DNA of 64,000 nt from Epithemia pelagica (GCA_946965045.2 OX337240.1:372001-436000); one strand, 5' to 3'. Counted from the first letter of the stretch, positions 1 to 12,710 are shown. Numbers and translations: made by a program. Notes: generated by a model not told the origin, from the sequence alone.

Positions 1-1245
1 GAATATGTTGATCGCCTCCATGTGGTATGGAGCCTTTCTCTCCATTCAGTTTGTTTTGGTACTTTGTTTGGAATGGAAGCAACGGTGAGTTGTTGGTTTT
101 CCGTGAGTTGGGAGACTGTGATGGGTTTTTCTCATGCATTGGACTTCAATCAACCATTCTGTTGACATATGCACAGACGGATTGCCTGGTGTGTCGAGCC
201 CTTGGCGCATTTGCTCGTTGGTTTGACCGTCATGGCTGGAGCTGGGGCTCTGTACAGTGATGTATTTAATCCACTCCGTCACTTGCCAGGCTGGTGTTGG
301 TATGCGGATAATCCACCCTTTTGTTCCGATAACAATGAGAAACAATGCAATCGAGGAGACGATAACGAAATTTACAGCAACATTTTTTTCGATATTATTG
401 GGGCCTGGATAGTCATTATTATTTGCATGACATTGATTGTTCTCAAAGTTCGACAAGTGGAACGAAAACTGCTGCAATACACTTTTGAAAGCATCGCACC
501 GGCTTTCGGAGCTTCATGGCGACCACAAGGGAATCCTTCTCATGTTGCGTCGTTTACTCGCACCCGGGCCACGGCGTGGCAATCACTCTTGTAAATTGGA
601 GCCTTCTTTGTTGTATTTTTACCGCCCGTCATTCTCATGTTGCTTCCAGAGAACCCGGAAGATGGGGGGAAGAAGGAAAGAAGAGTCAGGTTCTTTTTTG
701 CGCTTTTGGTGAAAGTTTTTACTCCTCTGCTGGTGCGTGCTATGTGTCAGTCCCTTTCTTCTGTTGTCGGTGTGCTTGTGGTTTACCTGATACAACGGTT
801 CTCTTTTGGAACACAACAGGAACAGGGACTCACCCATGTTTTGTATATTTCTTTGATTCAGGGATTGTTCAATGCCATTATTTATTTCCGACGACGGTTT
901 GCCGACTTGATCAAGGATGGAAAAAGTTTGGCCTTTGTCAAACGTCTTCCAATGATTCGAGAATGGATCCAGAACAATAGGTCACAACGCAGTGATTCCA
1001 ATACAATGTCGAGCGACTCGAGGCCTCGGCCACCACCACAACAAGAGCAACAAGAACAACCAGTACAGGAAGATGATGGCGCAAGGTTGCAGGAGAATTC
1101 TTCACCAGTGGCCATTTCAGATCCTGTCCATACCACCACTGGTTGTGAGAATGGAGGAACGGCCTCTGTCAATGTCGCAGCGGACGATCCGCGTGGTGAC
1201 GACGTTTTGGCGACTTGCAATGAGAGACAGTGTACATCAAGCTGA
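1..1245 (+). pseudogene. 7TM GPCR-like gene A, copy 1 (5' end outside window; in-frame TAA at 592-594)
   Basis: TM segments and motifs shared with paralogues (RRIAWCVEPL, FNPLRHLPGWCW, GLFNAIIYFRRRF). Reads QSLL*IGAFF where paralogues have QSLLYIGAFF. Introns at 85-176 and 733-861. Confidence 0.8.
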
Positions 1246-1421
1246 CCGGGTTGAATCACAAAGACCATTCTGAACTGATTGGATTCTAGATTTTATAGGA
1301 GTGAGATATCCACAGCAAGAGAAAGCACAAAACTGGTGGTATCCTTTCGCAAAAGGCCAACACCCAAACGCCCGCATGGCAGAGAAAAAGAGAGAGACAG
1401 AGAGAGAGAGACACGGAGGGT

Positions 1422-3437
1422 TCATTCTTGGATCCCAGCGGCTTCCGCAAATTCCACTTCCACCAATGAGAACCGTCCCAGGCTCGTCTGATTCAGCAGT
1501 TGCCGAGCGTTGACAGAAGCTGGAAGTTCGACATAGAGCTCCAACAGGTTGTTGTTGTTGTTGTGGGTGTCATTGTCTTTGGTACTACTTCTACTACCTG
1601 TTTTTGCTTCCAAGCCCTCCACAATGCGAACAAGACCCGACTGGATTCCCAATGCCTCTCCCATGGCAGTCAAAATCTCCCATTCCATGGCGAGATTGAT
1701 TTCTTCTTGTTCCACTTCGTGTTGCAACCGAATCCATAGTCCTTGAGGACGAGGGAAAATGAGGCCGGTCTGTTCCAGTTGGTCGACATGGGTGCCTACA
1801 GGGAGCTGTTGACAAATGCTTCGATCTTCCAGAGAGGATGGAAATCCAATCCTGGACGTTGTATCGGTTCCGTAGGGTTGTCCGTCTTTGAAAAACGTGA
1901 CGATACCTTGGAGAAGATTGTCCAAGACATGACCCAGCCAATATCCTTGTGGATTGCTCGCATGAAGCATTTGTTCTTGTCGTGAAATCAAGTAATGGGG
2001 TACCACACATTTGTTGAGATTGGCAGGGAAGGGTTCTCCCTCGGGCTCACAAACGGCACGAAACATGCATTGATTGCCACCGCGGGAACCGAGAAGGTAG
2101 GCCATTTGCCCAACGTTCATGGTATTTTGCATAATGGAATCTGTTTCGGTGGTGACCAGTTGCCAGCCCTCGGTCGGTTGTGACGAGGTGGACAAACCCA
2201 GTGTCCGGAGGGCCAATTGTCCAAACGTGTGCACGGGCAAGACATTTTGGAGTCGTCCCATACAGTATCCACCGGACCCGTTGGCAATGTCATCAAAACA
2301 TTGAGGATCGCCAGAAATGACCACTTGTTCGAGTGGAATTCGCAGCAAGGGCCAGAGTTTCGTGGGATGTTCACCGAGCAAATAGGCAATGCGTCGGACA
2401 ATTTAATAAATGCTGAAATACTTTTCTTCTTCGGACAGCGCATTCAGTGATTTGAATTGATCATTTCCCAGAAGCGGTTGAAGAAGGAGAACCAAATTGT
2501 CAAATGTCACGTCCAGTGGTAAGGCTTCGGCCCCAAGTAAGCCACTTGCTCCCTTGGCCAGCGCTTGGGAGGCATAACCCTCTTGTTCACCTCCAGCGGC
2601 TTGACAGGAGACAAATTCCAGGTCCCTGTCACGAAAGGAGGCTCCAAAGAGTGGATTCAACAAAAAGATGCGTTGATTGAGACCGGCCGGACCAGTATTG
2701 ACGGCAAACGTCGCGAGAGGAGCACCCATGGATAGTCCCACGGCAAATACCTTTTGATATCCTTGTCTACAGACTTCATCGATCACAATGTCATTGATAG
2801 TGGCTACCCAGTCGACAAATGCTTGACGAGTCGTGGGCATGCGCTCGTCGCTTCGAGATATTCCTGCGCATTGGTTGGGAATGATACGAAACGGCTCATT
2901 TTTGATACATTCTCCAGGTTTGAATCCATGACCAGGAAGCAAGGGTACCATAACATCAAAACCGTTCTGGAGGGCCACCTCGACAAGGGCATCGGCCGTG
3001 TTTGGACAGGAGGAAAAGCCATGAAAGACAACAATCAAGCCTTGGTGTTGTAATGTCGTGGACGAAGGTCGTTCCGTAGTTTGGTAAAATCTGGGCCAAG
3101 AAGGGGGTTGAATCTCATCTAAAGGGGGAAGCGCACAAATCCACTCTTGCCATTTCGTTAATCTGTTGTCTGAATCACAAATGGTTTGATCAGGGGTGGT
3201 ATATTGTGGTGGTGGTTGTTGGTTTGGGTCGGAATGATCAATGGTCCCACAGAGACTGGTCCGGAAGTCCTCTACCTTGCGTTCTCCTTTCAGTTCCAAA
3301 GATACGGTAGAGTTGGAACGGCGACCAAGACGAATTGCACCGACAGAGGACTCTACCGCCCACAGGGAAAGGAAGAATATCCACAAGAAACAACGTAAAG
3401 TTGCATGGGCTGCTCGAACCTTCGTTGTCTTCATCAT
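1422..3437 (-). pseudogene. Secreted alpha/beta-hydrolase (esterase/lipase-like), copy 1, nonsense TAA at 2403-2405
   Basis: The two ORFs 2403-3437 and 1422-2381 are in one frame. Copy 2 reads SIYYIVRR (TAT) where this copy has TAA. Motifs HGFSS, LPGHG, GLSMG (GxSxG). Confidence 0.88.
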
Positions 3438-4479
3438 TGTTTGATGTTAAGTTTAGGATAAAATGAGAACACCTTGCACGGCCGCGTTCCCATGAAGAAG
3501 AGGAAAAGAAGAGAAAGTATTGGCGACCTCAAAAAGTGGGGCTCTGACGTCGTTCATCAGACCGCCACGCGTTAAGAGAATCGACGAAGACCGTTAAGCG
3601 TGCGTTACGATGTTTATTAAACGAGACTGCACTCGTACTCGTGTATTGTATGATTGTAGATTAGGAGTTTTTTATTGTACTGGTAGGCTCTGCAATTGTC
3701 CCAGTGTCGGAATCTTGCGCGCACGTCGAGCTTCCGCGTCCACGTTCTCTTCCAACCTAAAACCTAAACCAACCGCTGCGACTAGGTACTACTCGACACG
3801 GACACGATAGAGTGGAACGAACGCCGACACCAACGGCCAATGGAAGGAACTACGCTCAAACCTAACAGTCATTCGAAAGGATCGTTGGAGCGTCACAAAA
3901 CGAAGAACCACAACTGACGAAAAGTGCCCGTGCCAAAAATCTTTCTGTCGTCATGCCAGAGGTGGGCAAAGGCGTCCCGGCAGAACGGAACAAACTGCAA
4001 TGGCGCTCTGATGCTAGATTGATCGAGGTAGGGTTGTGTATCTCGTCTTTTCTTGAGTGTCATGGTACCGTCAGCTTCGTGGAACAGTGGAAACTCAAGC
4101 ATACCGCGGAGCCGACATGATTTCTAGAGACACGTGTCAGTCCAGGATGGATGAAAGTACACCCAAAACCTGATGCCCACTCTAGATATACCCTGTTACA
4201 CATGAGTTTGACAGAAGAGTCGGGAGAAGGAGGATTTTCACAAGCCACCATCAAATGTGGAAGATGGATTGCGGCTCCTAATCTGCAGAAACCCAAGTCC
4301 ATCCGAAAAAAACCAACTCTCCCATTGGATGATTCTCATTCATTGCATGTCAGATGAAAGACCTTGCCGTGTCCGAGTCATATATCCCTCAATCAACCCA
4401 TAAATCGTCTACACCAAAAGAAGATTGCTCTTGATTTTCATCCTCAAGATTGCTCTTGAATTTCATTCGACCCTTGTGA

Positions 4480-5899
4480 TTATGGTGGTTCCGAATCCAT
4501 CCTGTCCTCCTCACCGTCGTCCCCCGTCACGGGTTCCGTTCCGTGAACAGTGTCGTTGCCAGTGGTCAATTCGTCGTCACCACTGGGATGGTCGGATGGG
4601 GGCAATGATTTGGTAGAGCCTGCTGGAACATTGTCGCTGGTAGTATTCCCTGAACTCTCACTCCCACTACCATTCGCAGTGGCGGTATGCACAGGATCCG
4701 AAATGGCCACTTGTGGAGTGGACATGGTCGTGTGCTGCAGCCTACCTCCATCCTCTTCCTCTCCTGCTGATGCTGCTGGTTGTCGTCGTCTCGAGTGACT
4801 CGCCGTGGTATTGGAATGACTGCGTTGTGACTTGTTGTGGATCCATTCTCCAAGGACTGGAAGACGTTGGACAAAGGCAAGGCTTTTCCCATCCTTGATC
4901 AAGTCAGCAAACCGTCGTCGGAAATAAATAATGGCATTGAACAATCCCTGCATCGCAAACAAGCGTTTTGCAACACGAGAGATCGAGAGAACGAGAGAGA
5001 GACAGTTGTCAGTCGTGTTTCAATGGTTGCAGCATTGATCACCGTCCGCACAGATCGACACACATAGATACACACGAACCTGCAGGGGAGTAAAGACCTT
5101 GACCAAAACGGCCAAAAAGAACCGGAGTCCTCTTCCATCCTTGCCACCGTCTGGGTTATCGGGCAGCAACTCGAGAATGACGGGCGGTAAAAACACGACA
5201 AAAAAGGCACCAATGTACAAGAGGGATTGCCATGCCGTGGCGCGGGTCCGCGTAAAGGATGCTGCTGCATGGTGAGCCGCATGAGAGGTATTTGCAGTCG
5301 CTCCTCCTTGCCCGGTAGCACTGGAAGTATGGGGTTGCACCGTGTATTGCAGTAGCTTTTGTTCCACTTGTCGAACTTTGAGGACAATCAATGTCATGCA
5401 AATGATAATGACGATCCAGGCTCCAATAATGTTGGCGGAAATGCTGTTGTAGTTTTCATAGTCTTGTCCACGTTGACATTGCTGGTTATCTTTATTACCA
5501 GCACAAAAGGGTGGATTGTCCGAATACCAACACCATCCAGGCAAGTCACGAAGTGGATTGAACACGTCATTGGTCAGACCCCCCACCGATGTACCGACGC
5601 TCAAGGCAACCAGCAAGTGCGCCAAGGGCTCGACACACCAGGCAATGCGTCTGCGCAGAGTCGAGAGAGAGAACCATACAAAATGAGATACAACAGCACC
5701 ACATGTATTTTCTGGCCTCCTCATTGTGGCTACTGGCGTACAACACAACAACACTCACCGTTGCTTCCATTCGAAATGAAGTACCAAAACAAACTGAATG
5801 GCCAAAAAGGCTGCATACCACATGGAGGTAACCAACAGGTTCAAGAAAAAGCCCATGGCTTCGCAAGTTCCATTGGTTCCTTGTCCACTCCGACCATAG
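4480..5899 (-). pseudogene. 7TM GPCR-like gene B, copy 1, 5'-truncated inside exon 1
   Basis: Near-identical to 28433-29852, but the ATG and the first ~80 codons present in copy 2 are replaced by unrelated sequence from 5900. Confidence 0.85.
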
Positions 5900-6493
5900 C
5901 TTTCCAGCGGTTCTCAATACATGTATGGTGCCCCACTACTTGTTTTCTCGTCGTGAAGCTACACTTCACAAACAGAGCATCGACGCGGGAGAAGGAGGAT
6001 TATGGCTTGGCAATACCATTGATGGTCTTGTCGAAGGTATGGCCATGTTCTTCAAGAATGGAGTGGCGTATGGAACAGATACATCCGGCAGAGAATTTCC
6101 GTCGGTTCTGAAGATCGAAGCATTTGTCAACTTCTCCCCGTAGGCGCGGGCGTGGACGTTCTGGAGGAAAGCGGTCTCATCTTGAGCCGTCCACAAGGTT
6201 TGTGGTGTTGGTTCGAACGCGAACGATTCATGGCAGGGTTCCACGAATATACCGAATTGTTGGTTGTGCATGCCATTGAAAAAGAGGTGGGCGTCAAAAA
6301 GGGACAAGTTCATGTCGTTGAGGGCTTTGCCGGACTGAACGGTACCGGCAATCCCTGGGTGTACATTGAAGTTCCAAAGGAAGCAAATTACCGGCGGCTC
6401 ACAGAGATTTCGAGCATTGCGGGTTTCCCACTCGCTGGAGTGGAAATTGCAGGAGAAGTGGCCCCCATCAGTAAGATACAGCGAATTCACTAG
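5900..6493 (+). pseudogene. 3' fragment of a diverged paralogue of the alpha/beta-hydrolase, 1-nt frameshift near 6110
   Basis: FPAVLNTCMVPHYLFSR...YGTDTSGREFPSVL aligns with FPANLNKCVVPHYLISR...YGTDTTSRIGFPSSL. A -1 shift continues as EDRSICQLLPVGAGVDVLEESGLILSRPQGLW, against EDRSICQQLPVGTHVDQLEQTGLIFPRPQGLW. Confidence 0.85.
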
Positions 6494-7391
6494 CTTGCGT
6501 TCTTGTTCTGGAACGCGGAATCAAATTTTGTGATCATGCCGTTGGATACACCGAGAGCTTTGGATAGACCGACAGATAGCCTTCCTTTAAACTATGGTAC
6601 CTGGAAGTAGGCGATCCACCAGTTCGGGGCCATCCGCAAACCATAGGTGAACTGATTGGACAAGACGGCTTATAGGCTCCATAATTTCAATGGGCTATAT
6701 AGTAGGACGGCAGACTTTCAATATCTTGAAGCTCTAGAAGGGTCCCTTGTTTCACAAAACCAGAAAAGCAATCATATTGTACTGCCAACAGGCATGTACT
6801 GCCAACAGACATGGTCATGTCACACCGTCAATGTCATCGAGTACACTCTCTCACTTTTCATGTATAGCAGATGAGTTCGAGGTTTTGAACATGGTTCTTG
6901 ACATGCATGATAGCGTCATTCTTCCCTTGCGGGAATACTTTCTGTCGGGAGGTCCGTGTTGTGATGATTGTCGTCACCATCACGGATACTTATTTCCCGC
7001 TCATGGCATTCTACCACCACGTTGGCGTCCGCTAGTTGCGACAAAACGCACGACTCCATAGTGGCCTCACGCCGTGATGTTTCTTGGTTTGTGGAATGTT
7101 GTTGACCCTCCTCGTCATTGTAGCATTCGTTGGACGAGCACGACGATTCCTCATCTTGTTCTATGCGCCCACCAACGGTATGGGCCCGAGCATCCAATGG
7201 TGTATGACTCACAACTGCAAAACTTGGTGTGATGGTAAAAGAGGTTCTCGGTGCAGTCTCGGGTAGTGAATGGGAAGTTGCACTCCTTTCTGTCTCATTC
7301 TTCTCTCCACTCGAACTGTCCGGCGTAGTAGTTTTTGTCGTCGTCGTTAGAACAGCCATGGATGTGATGGTCTCGGGTGGATGATTTGGTG

Positions 7392-8819
7392 TCATATAGG
7401 GTCCTCCTCTATTGCAGTACCAACCTCCGAGTTGCCAACAGTCGTATTCTCAAGAGTCACTACCGGAACGTCAGTAATACTGGTGATGTTAAGCGTTCCT
7501 CCGCCATTTCTCGGTCGTCCTTCGGCCGCTCCTCGTCGTCGCAAGGACGCTGCCGTTCGTTTGGCGACTCGCTGTTCAATGAATGGTCCAAACAATGGAA
7601 GTCGCCGCAAAAAGGCCAGACTCTTGCCATCTTGAATCAGAGTGTCAAACGTTCCTCGAAAATACAAAATGGCATTGAAAAATCCCTGCAATAACAACAA
7701 AGTGTGATTCCAGTCTTTGGCACACAATAGTACAAACCGCCACCCAAACCAGGCCCTAGATACATACCTGCATGGGTGTAAATGTCTTGACCAAGAGAGC
7801 CAACAAGAATTGCAAACTTTGTTGGTCCGTGGCATTGTCCCGATTGTCGGGCTGTGCATAGGAAATAATGGGTGGTGCATAGGTAATGAAAAAGGCGGCA
7901 GTATACCACAATCCTTGCACAGCCGTCGCCTTGGTGCGAACATAATTGGGTGATGATTCGTTCGAATTGGCCGTCACGGCGTATCGGTGCAAATTCCGTT
8001 CAATCTGTCGAACCTTGTGCACAATCAAAATCATGCACACAATAATCACAGCCCAGGCGGCAATGACCAAAAACACGACACTGCTGTAGGCTTTGAAATT
8101 GCTCCCTCGAACGCACGTTGTGCTATTCGAATTGTTGTTGTTGTTGTTCTCGTCATCTTCCACGCAAAAGGGAGGATTGTCCGAGAACCAACACCATCCG
8201 GGCAAGTCACGTACTGGATTAAAGACATCGTCGGCAATGCCAGCAATACCATAGGCCAGCGGCGTGGCAATACTCCAACCATGAACCAGAGGTTCAAAGT
8301 GGTAGGCAATTTTCCTAATAGGTACGTTGTAGAAGCGAAAAGATTGTCAGTGACTCATGGGGGGTGGGGGTGGGGGTGGGGGGAATGGTAATCTACAGAG
8401 AGACGACTTCCCCTCCCTTCACTAACAGGCACGTACCGGTCCTTCCATTCCCAGCGCAACAAGAGGACAAACTGAATGGCCAAAAAGGTGGAATACCAAA
8501 TCGTACCAACATAGAGAGTCAAGAAAAAACCCGATGCTTCACACGTGGCCACGTGGCCTCGTCCACTTCGTCCATAGGCATAATCGGTAGGAACGGCCCA
8601 GGGTCCCAAAATGATCATGGCCAAGGAGGTGATGAGATTCAAGACACTGAGGGCCAACATGATGCGTTGATACACTTGTTGCAACAAGGTTCGGCGGTCA
8701 AACCAAATGGCCCACAGGGTCAAGTCGGCACCCACCACCGATAGAGGTGCCGTAAAGTAGGGAAGAAAGGCCAATACATCTTCTTGTGTTTCGTTGTACA
8801 AGGGGTCTGGATCGGTCAT
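7392..8819 (-). CDS. 7TM GPCR-like gene C (exons 8819-8437, 8314-7768, 7685-7392; ~407 aa)
   Basis: Starts MTDPDPLYNETQEDVLAFLPYFTAPLS. GT-AG introns sit at the same positions as in the paralogues, and the spliced length is a multiple of 3. Resembles cAMP-receptor-like/Git3-type GPCRs (inference). Confidence 0.85.
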
Positions 8820-9411
8820 GGATCGTCGTGAAAGAGGAACGCAGTAGTTTGGTTGTTAGTGCCAGAGTGCTTCTCTGTGGCGGGAGAAACAGTGGAATAG
8901 GAGATAGCCGAAAGGAAGTGTTCGTCGTCGAGTTTTAGGAACTCTCTCTCTTTCGTCGAGACACACTGCATGCACCCCTTGCTTGCCTCCTTCTTACAAC
9001 ACAACAAATGTAGTGGTGGGAGCTGGGAATAACTCGCTCTTGGTCGACACACCTTATGGTGTCTGTTGTCTTGTCTTTTTTGTCTTGATGGTTCGAATTT
9101 GTAACACCAAAAAGACACCAAGGCCCAAAGGAAGGTTGATGTGTGACACTCTTTGGATTATGAGGGCCATTCAAACAGCTGTCCAAATAATTCGACTGAG
9201 TTCAGAATGAACGTGTCGGGTAAGCCGGCAGGCTAAGGGGGTCTGGGGGTGGGAAAACAACAAAGACTAGATAAAATTTTTTTAGCTCAAGAGTCGAAAT
9301 TCAGTACTTTTCACCAAAAGCTTCCCACGTTAGGCAGAAAACGCCGGGCCAACCCCTATTCAAAACCATTCAGCCCCGATGAAAAACAATGATCGAAGAA
9401 CGGTCATGCAT

Positions 9412-9531
9412 TGTTTTATCAATCCATTAAATAGAAACCATTTCACCACGCTGTTCCACGTCAGAATCTCGTCTGTTTTATCAATCCATTAATAAACTCA
9501 TTTTTTCACCACGCTGTTCCACGTCAGAATC
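9412..9531 (+). repeat. Two-copy ~60 bp direct repeat (9412-9468, 9474-9531)
   Basis: tgttttatcaatccattaa...tttcaccacgctgttccacgtcagaatc occurs twice. Confidence 0.9.
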
Positions 9532-9827
9532 ACGCCCAACGAACCAACCCACGAAACATCCCCCCACGCCATATGGATTTTAGCAACTTTGTCACTAACA
9601 CCTAGCCAAACATAGAAGCTGAAGACCTAGACTTGTAGAAATGCATCCGAAGGCAACACAAATTGGAGTAAGATCCCCCCAGACATAGGCATTCTTAGTA
9701 AGAATCTGGCGTGCCGACGAAAAATCGTACAGTATTAGCATACTAAAGTTTTTTTAGAATATAGGCGGGATTACGTTTCTACAACCGATCGTACCCATTC
9801 ACTCTCTCCGTTCCTCGTACTTTCCGA

Positions 9828-10616
9828 TTAGACGAGATCCACACGCGGAAAATAGTTCAAGTACTGATGTTCCTGTACAACGGCATCCATCAATCCCACG
9901 TTAAATTCAAGCTCCAATGTCACGATAGCATTGTCGTCGAAAATCGTTTCAGCCACAGTCGCATTAATGCCCAATTGGTCGCTCGTCCCCGATTTTTTGA
10001 GAATCATGAAACCAGGGTCAACCCCCGGTAGGTAGGTCTTGTACAACTCAGCCATCACATCACGAATCTCCCAGAAACGATTAACATGAACAATCAACTC
10101 ACCCATCAAATTGTTGGTCTTGACACGGCAAGGGAGCCAGTCGTGAGATGGACTACCAAACGTGACAGGGCGTTGAATACCAGACGGAAAGCGAATACGA
10201 AATCCTCCCTCAATCGTCGACAACTTGTCAATCGGAAAGGGCCTGGACGTAGTAGGCGGACGAAAATAGATCCTGTAGCTACCCTTCAATACCAAATCTT
10301 GCTCAACCGTAGGCAATCCCCAGCTGTGTCCCTCACTCGAATCCACTGACCACCGAACTCGCATGATTCGTCCGTCATGACCAAGAGACTCACCACCATC
10401 GATCACCTGGTTTGTCTGTTCATCTGCCAAGCCAATCAAAGTTTCTGGAACCTCCAACGCTTCGGAAACGCGAAGCCGAATGACGTCGAGTGGAGTGTCT
10501 TGCATGCACATTGCACCGAATCCCCACGTCGGCGAAACTTTAACAATAAACTGCGCCATCTCGTCGTCGGCCCCAACAACGAAGTGCCGCGACGGCAAAA
10601 CAACCAACTGAACCAT
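9828..10616 (-). CDS. Hypothetical protein with two ubiquitin-like (beta-grasp) segments
   Basis: 278-codon ORF, first ATG at 10616. CRVKTNNLMGELIVHVNRFWEIRDVMAELYK...QLGINATVAETIFDDNAIVTLEL follows the ubiquitin hydrophobic pattern. A weaker N-terminal copy is QFIVKV...PLDVIRLRVSEALEVPETLIGL. Confidence 0.55.
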   Translation of the reverse strand: MVQLVVLPSRHFVVGADDEMAQFIVKVSPTWGFGAMCMQDTPLDVIRLRVSEALEVPETLIGLADEQTNQVIDGGESLGHDGRIMRVRWSVDSSEGHSWGLPTVEQDLVLKGSYRIYFRPPTTSRPFPIDKLSTIEGGFRIRFPSGIQRPVTFGSPSHDWLPCRVKTNNLMGELIVHVNRFWEIRDVMAELYKTYLPGVDPGFMILKKSGTSDQLGINATVAETIFDDNAIVTLELEFNVGLMDAVVQEHQYLNYFPRVDLV

Positions 10617-10764
10617 AGTCTTGACAACTGAGGTAAGTGCACAAAAGCAGACTGTGGTGGACACGAAAATTTATAAGACAACTTCGTCTCTAACCTTTTC
10701 TTCTATTCTGTTACCTAAAAAACCCACCCGCAAACCGTAACCACACCTCCACGGAGGTCGTGCC

Positions 10765-11556
10765 GTGGAAACTCGTCACGGTGGACAGAAACCGACACGA
10801 CAACCAACCGAAAACCCACCCAACAATCAAACACATTTCGACGACGGACCGTGCCATGGCTATAAAGCTACGTTGGTTGTTCCATTGTATCGTCACATGT
10901 ATCCTCGTCGTGCCATCTACCGTAACCGTGCCGGCTTTTTGCGTCATCCAGGCATGCCTGGTTATCGTGCACGCACAACGATCGACGGCGGCTGTTCCTT
11001 CCAACCCGTGGATTGTTACGTGCGTGTGAGTGATACGGTCGACTTCCGTACCTGCGTAGTCAAAAAGTACTCCACGGCAATTCACGTTTTACGCACCATT
11101 GCAAAAGAGATGCGGATTCCACTATGTGACATTCGCCTAACCAAGCAAAACGGAAAACGGATTGCTATGAAGGCATATGTGTACGAAAACGACAGCGATC
11201 TCACTAACGGTGCTATTACACTGGCTATGGTGATGGGAAGTCATTGTGATTTCGGCGAGACTTACCTTCCCGAGAATTTTTCGCTTTCGTCAACACCAGA
11301 ATGCAAACAGGAGAGCGACAATGAGCAAGACGACGAGGAAGAGGAAGACGATTCCGAAGAGGAGCTAGATGGGCAAGACCATGTGGATGATGATTCAGAA
11401 GGAGAGAAACAAGACGGGCAAGACCATGAGGACGATGATTCAGAAGAAGATGATGATTCCGTTGTGTTGGTTGACAAGAACGAACAATTGGAGAGCAATA
11501 GAGGCAAGCGAGACTCGTGCCGATCGTCGCGTTTGGTTGAAGAGGCGTATGTCTGA
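10765..11556 (+). CDS. Hypothetical protein, Ubl/SUMO-like segment plus acidic tail (start uncertain)
   Basis: CYVRVSDTVDFRTCVVKKYSTAIHVLRTIAKEMRIPLCDIRLTKQNGKRI resembles a SUMO/Ubl pattern and is followed by a D/E-rich tract. Confidence 0.5.
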   Translation: METRHGGQKPTRQPTENPPNNQTHFDDGPCHGYKATLVVPLYRHMYPRRAIYRNRAGFLRHPGMPGYRARTTIDGGCSFQPVDCYVRVSDTVDFRTCVVKKYSTAIHVLRTIAKEMRIPLCDIRLTKQNGKRIAMKAYVYENDSDLTNGAITLAMVMGSHCDFGETYLPENFSLSSTPECKQESDNEQDDEEEEDDSEEELDGQDHVDDDSEGEKQDGQDHEDDDSEEDDDSVVLVDKNEQLESNRGKRDSCRSSRLVEEAYV

Positions 11557-11863
11557 TTGTTGCGGCTCGTCTCCAGGGCGGATCAAGAAACCAAACCGCA
11601 AACACCCATGTCCGTGTTGTTATCCCAGATGCACCTCGCCATATATGACACGGCCTCATTGAGGCCAATGTAAAATACTGCCAAGAGCAGTTTGTGGGTC
11701 CATGAGACAATGTAATAGAGGTTTTGTTCCCCGATCATTTTGGACAATCATAGCACGACGTAGCTACGACATAGAGGGCTTTTTGTTCTTCTTCGTCCTC
11801 GTCTTGTGTATGTTCCACATCATATCTCCTCTGTCCTGCTCACTCCTCACCATTTGGACAGCC

Positions 11864-12640
11864 ATGACAATGACAATGATGAAAGAGATGCGTCCTATCC
11901 TTTCGCTTCTTCGTTTGATGTGCTCCAGAATCGAAAATCGATCCTCGCAGTTACTTCTGGTAAGAGATGAACTTCCATCAGCCTTCGCCACGAACCCAAG
12001 CCACGGACCTTGCCGTTGGCCTTGCCGTCCCTTCTCAACCGAGCAGCAACGACCAATACAACAGCTGGAGCGTACGAGGATGACCGATCAACTGCATGAC
12101 AGCTCTCAATTGTACAACAGATACTGTGGAGGTTTCCATCCAATATTCTTCCGAAAGCGGCAGCAATGGTGGATGCTCAGAACCACCACTTTGACGAGAA
12201 ATCAACAAGGACGAGGAGATTCCCACATTACCCTTTCCCAAGCTGTCCGTGAGTACTCGTCTTCCAGCAGTTCCAAGAAGAATGATTTGAGGCCGACTCT
12301 GGAACCGTCGGAACTAAATAGCGACGAAAACTGTCGAGTCCATGCCCATGCGATCAAAGGTCGACGACGAGGCAAAATGGAAGATGAAGTTGTGGCAATC
12401 CATGAACAGTCAGACATGGAAGGGGGTGGAGGAAAGTCATCTCTCTTGGCTGCTGTCTTTGATGGACATGGTGGACCACAAGTGAGCGAGTATTTGAAGG
12501 ATAAAGATCCGTCATCGCTCCCATGTGCAGAGCGAGAGGAAAATGAAAGTAGGAGAATCACCGCGAATCGCAGTGAAGGACAACCACCTGTATCTGTATG
12601 CAACCCTATAAGCACGAAACACTTGCGGCGCCAGCCATAA
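11864..12640 (+). pseudogene. 5' fragment of a PP2C (PPM) protein phosphatase
   Basis: PP2C motifs GRRRGKMEDE and AVFDGHGGPQVSEYLK are present. Similarity stops at ~12506 and the remaining catalytic motifs are absent. Confidence 0.8.
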
Positions 12641-12710
12641 GACTTAAAGATTTGATTACTAGACAACAACTAATCAAAGGCCAATCTTTCCGTGCTCTTC
12701 ATACAAGACT

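Larger units (their letters stand above)
1..5899. repeat. Segmental duplication, copy 1 (matches 23955-29852)
   Basis: The ORF track repeats at offset 23954, then 23953 after a 1-nt indel. Only scattered SNPs are visible. Identity ends at ...ccactccgaccatag (5899 = 29852). Confidence 0.97.

Noticed and set aside
592-2405. TAA reassigned to Tyr (two Tyr>TAA cases)
   Set aside because: Copy 2 of the hydrolase has TAT at the same site, and TAA terminates other genes here (e.g. 22322, 54642). These are ordinary nonsense mutations.
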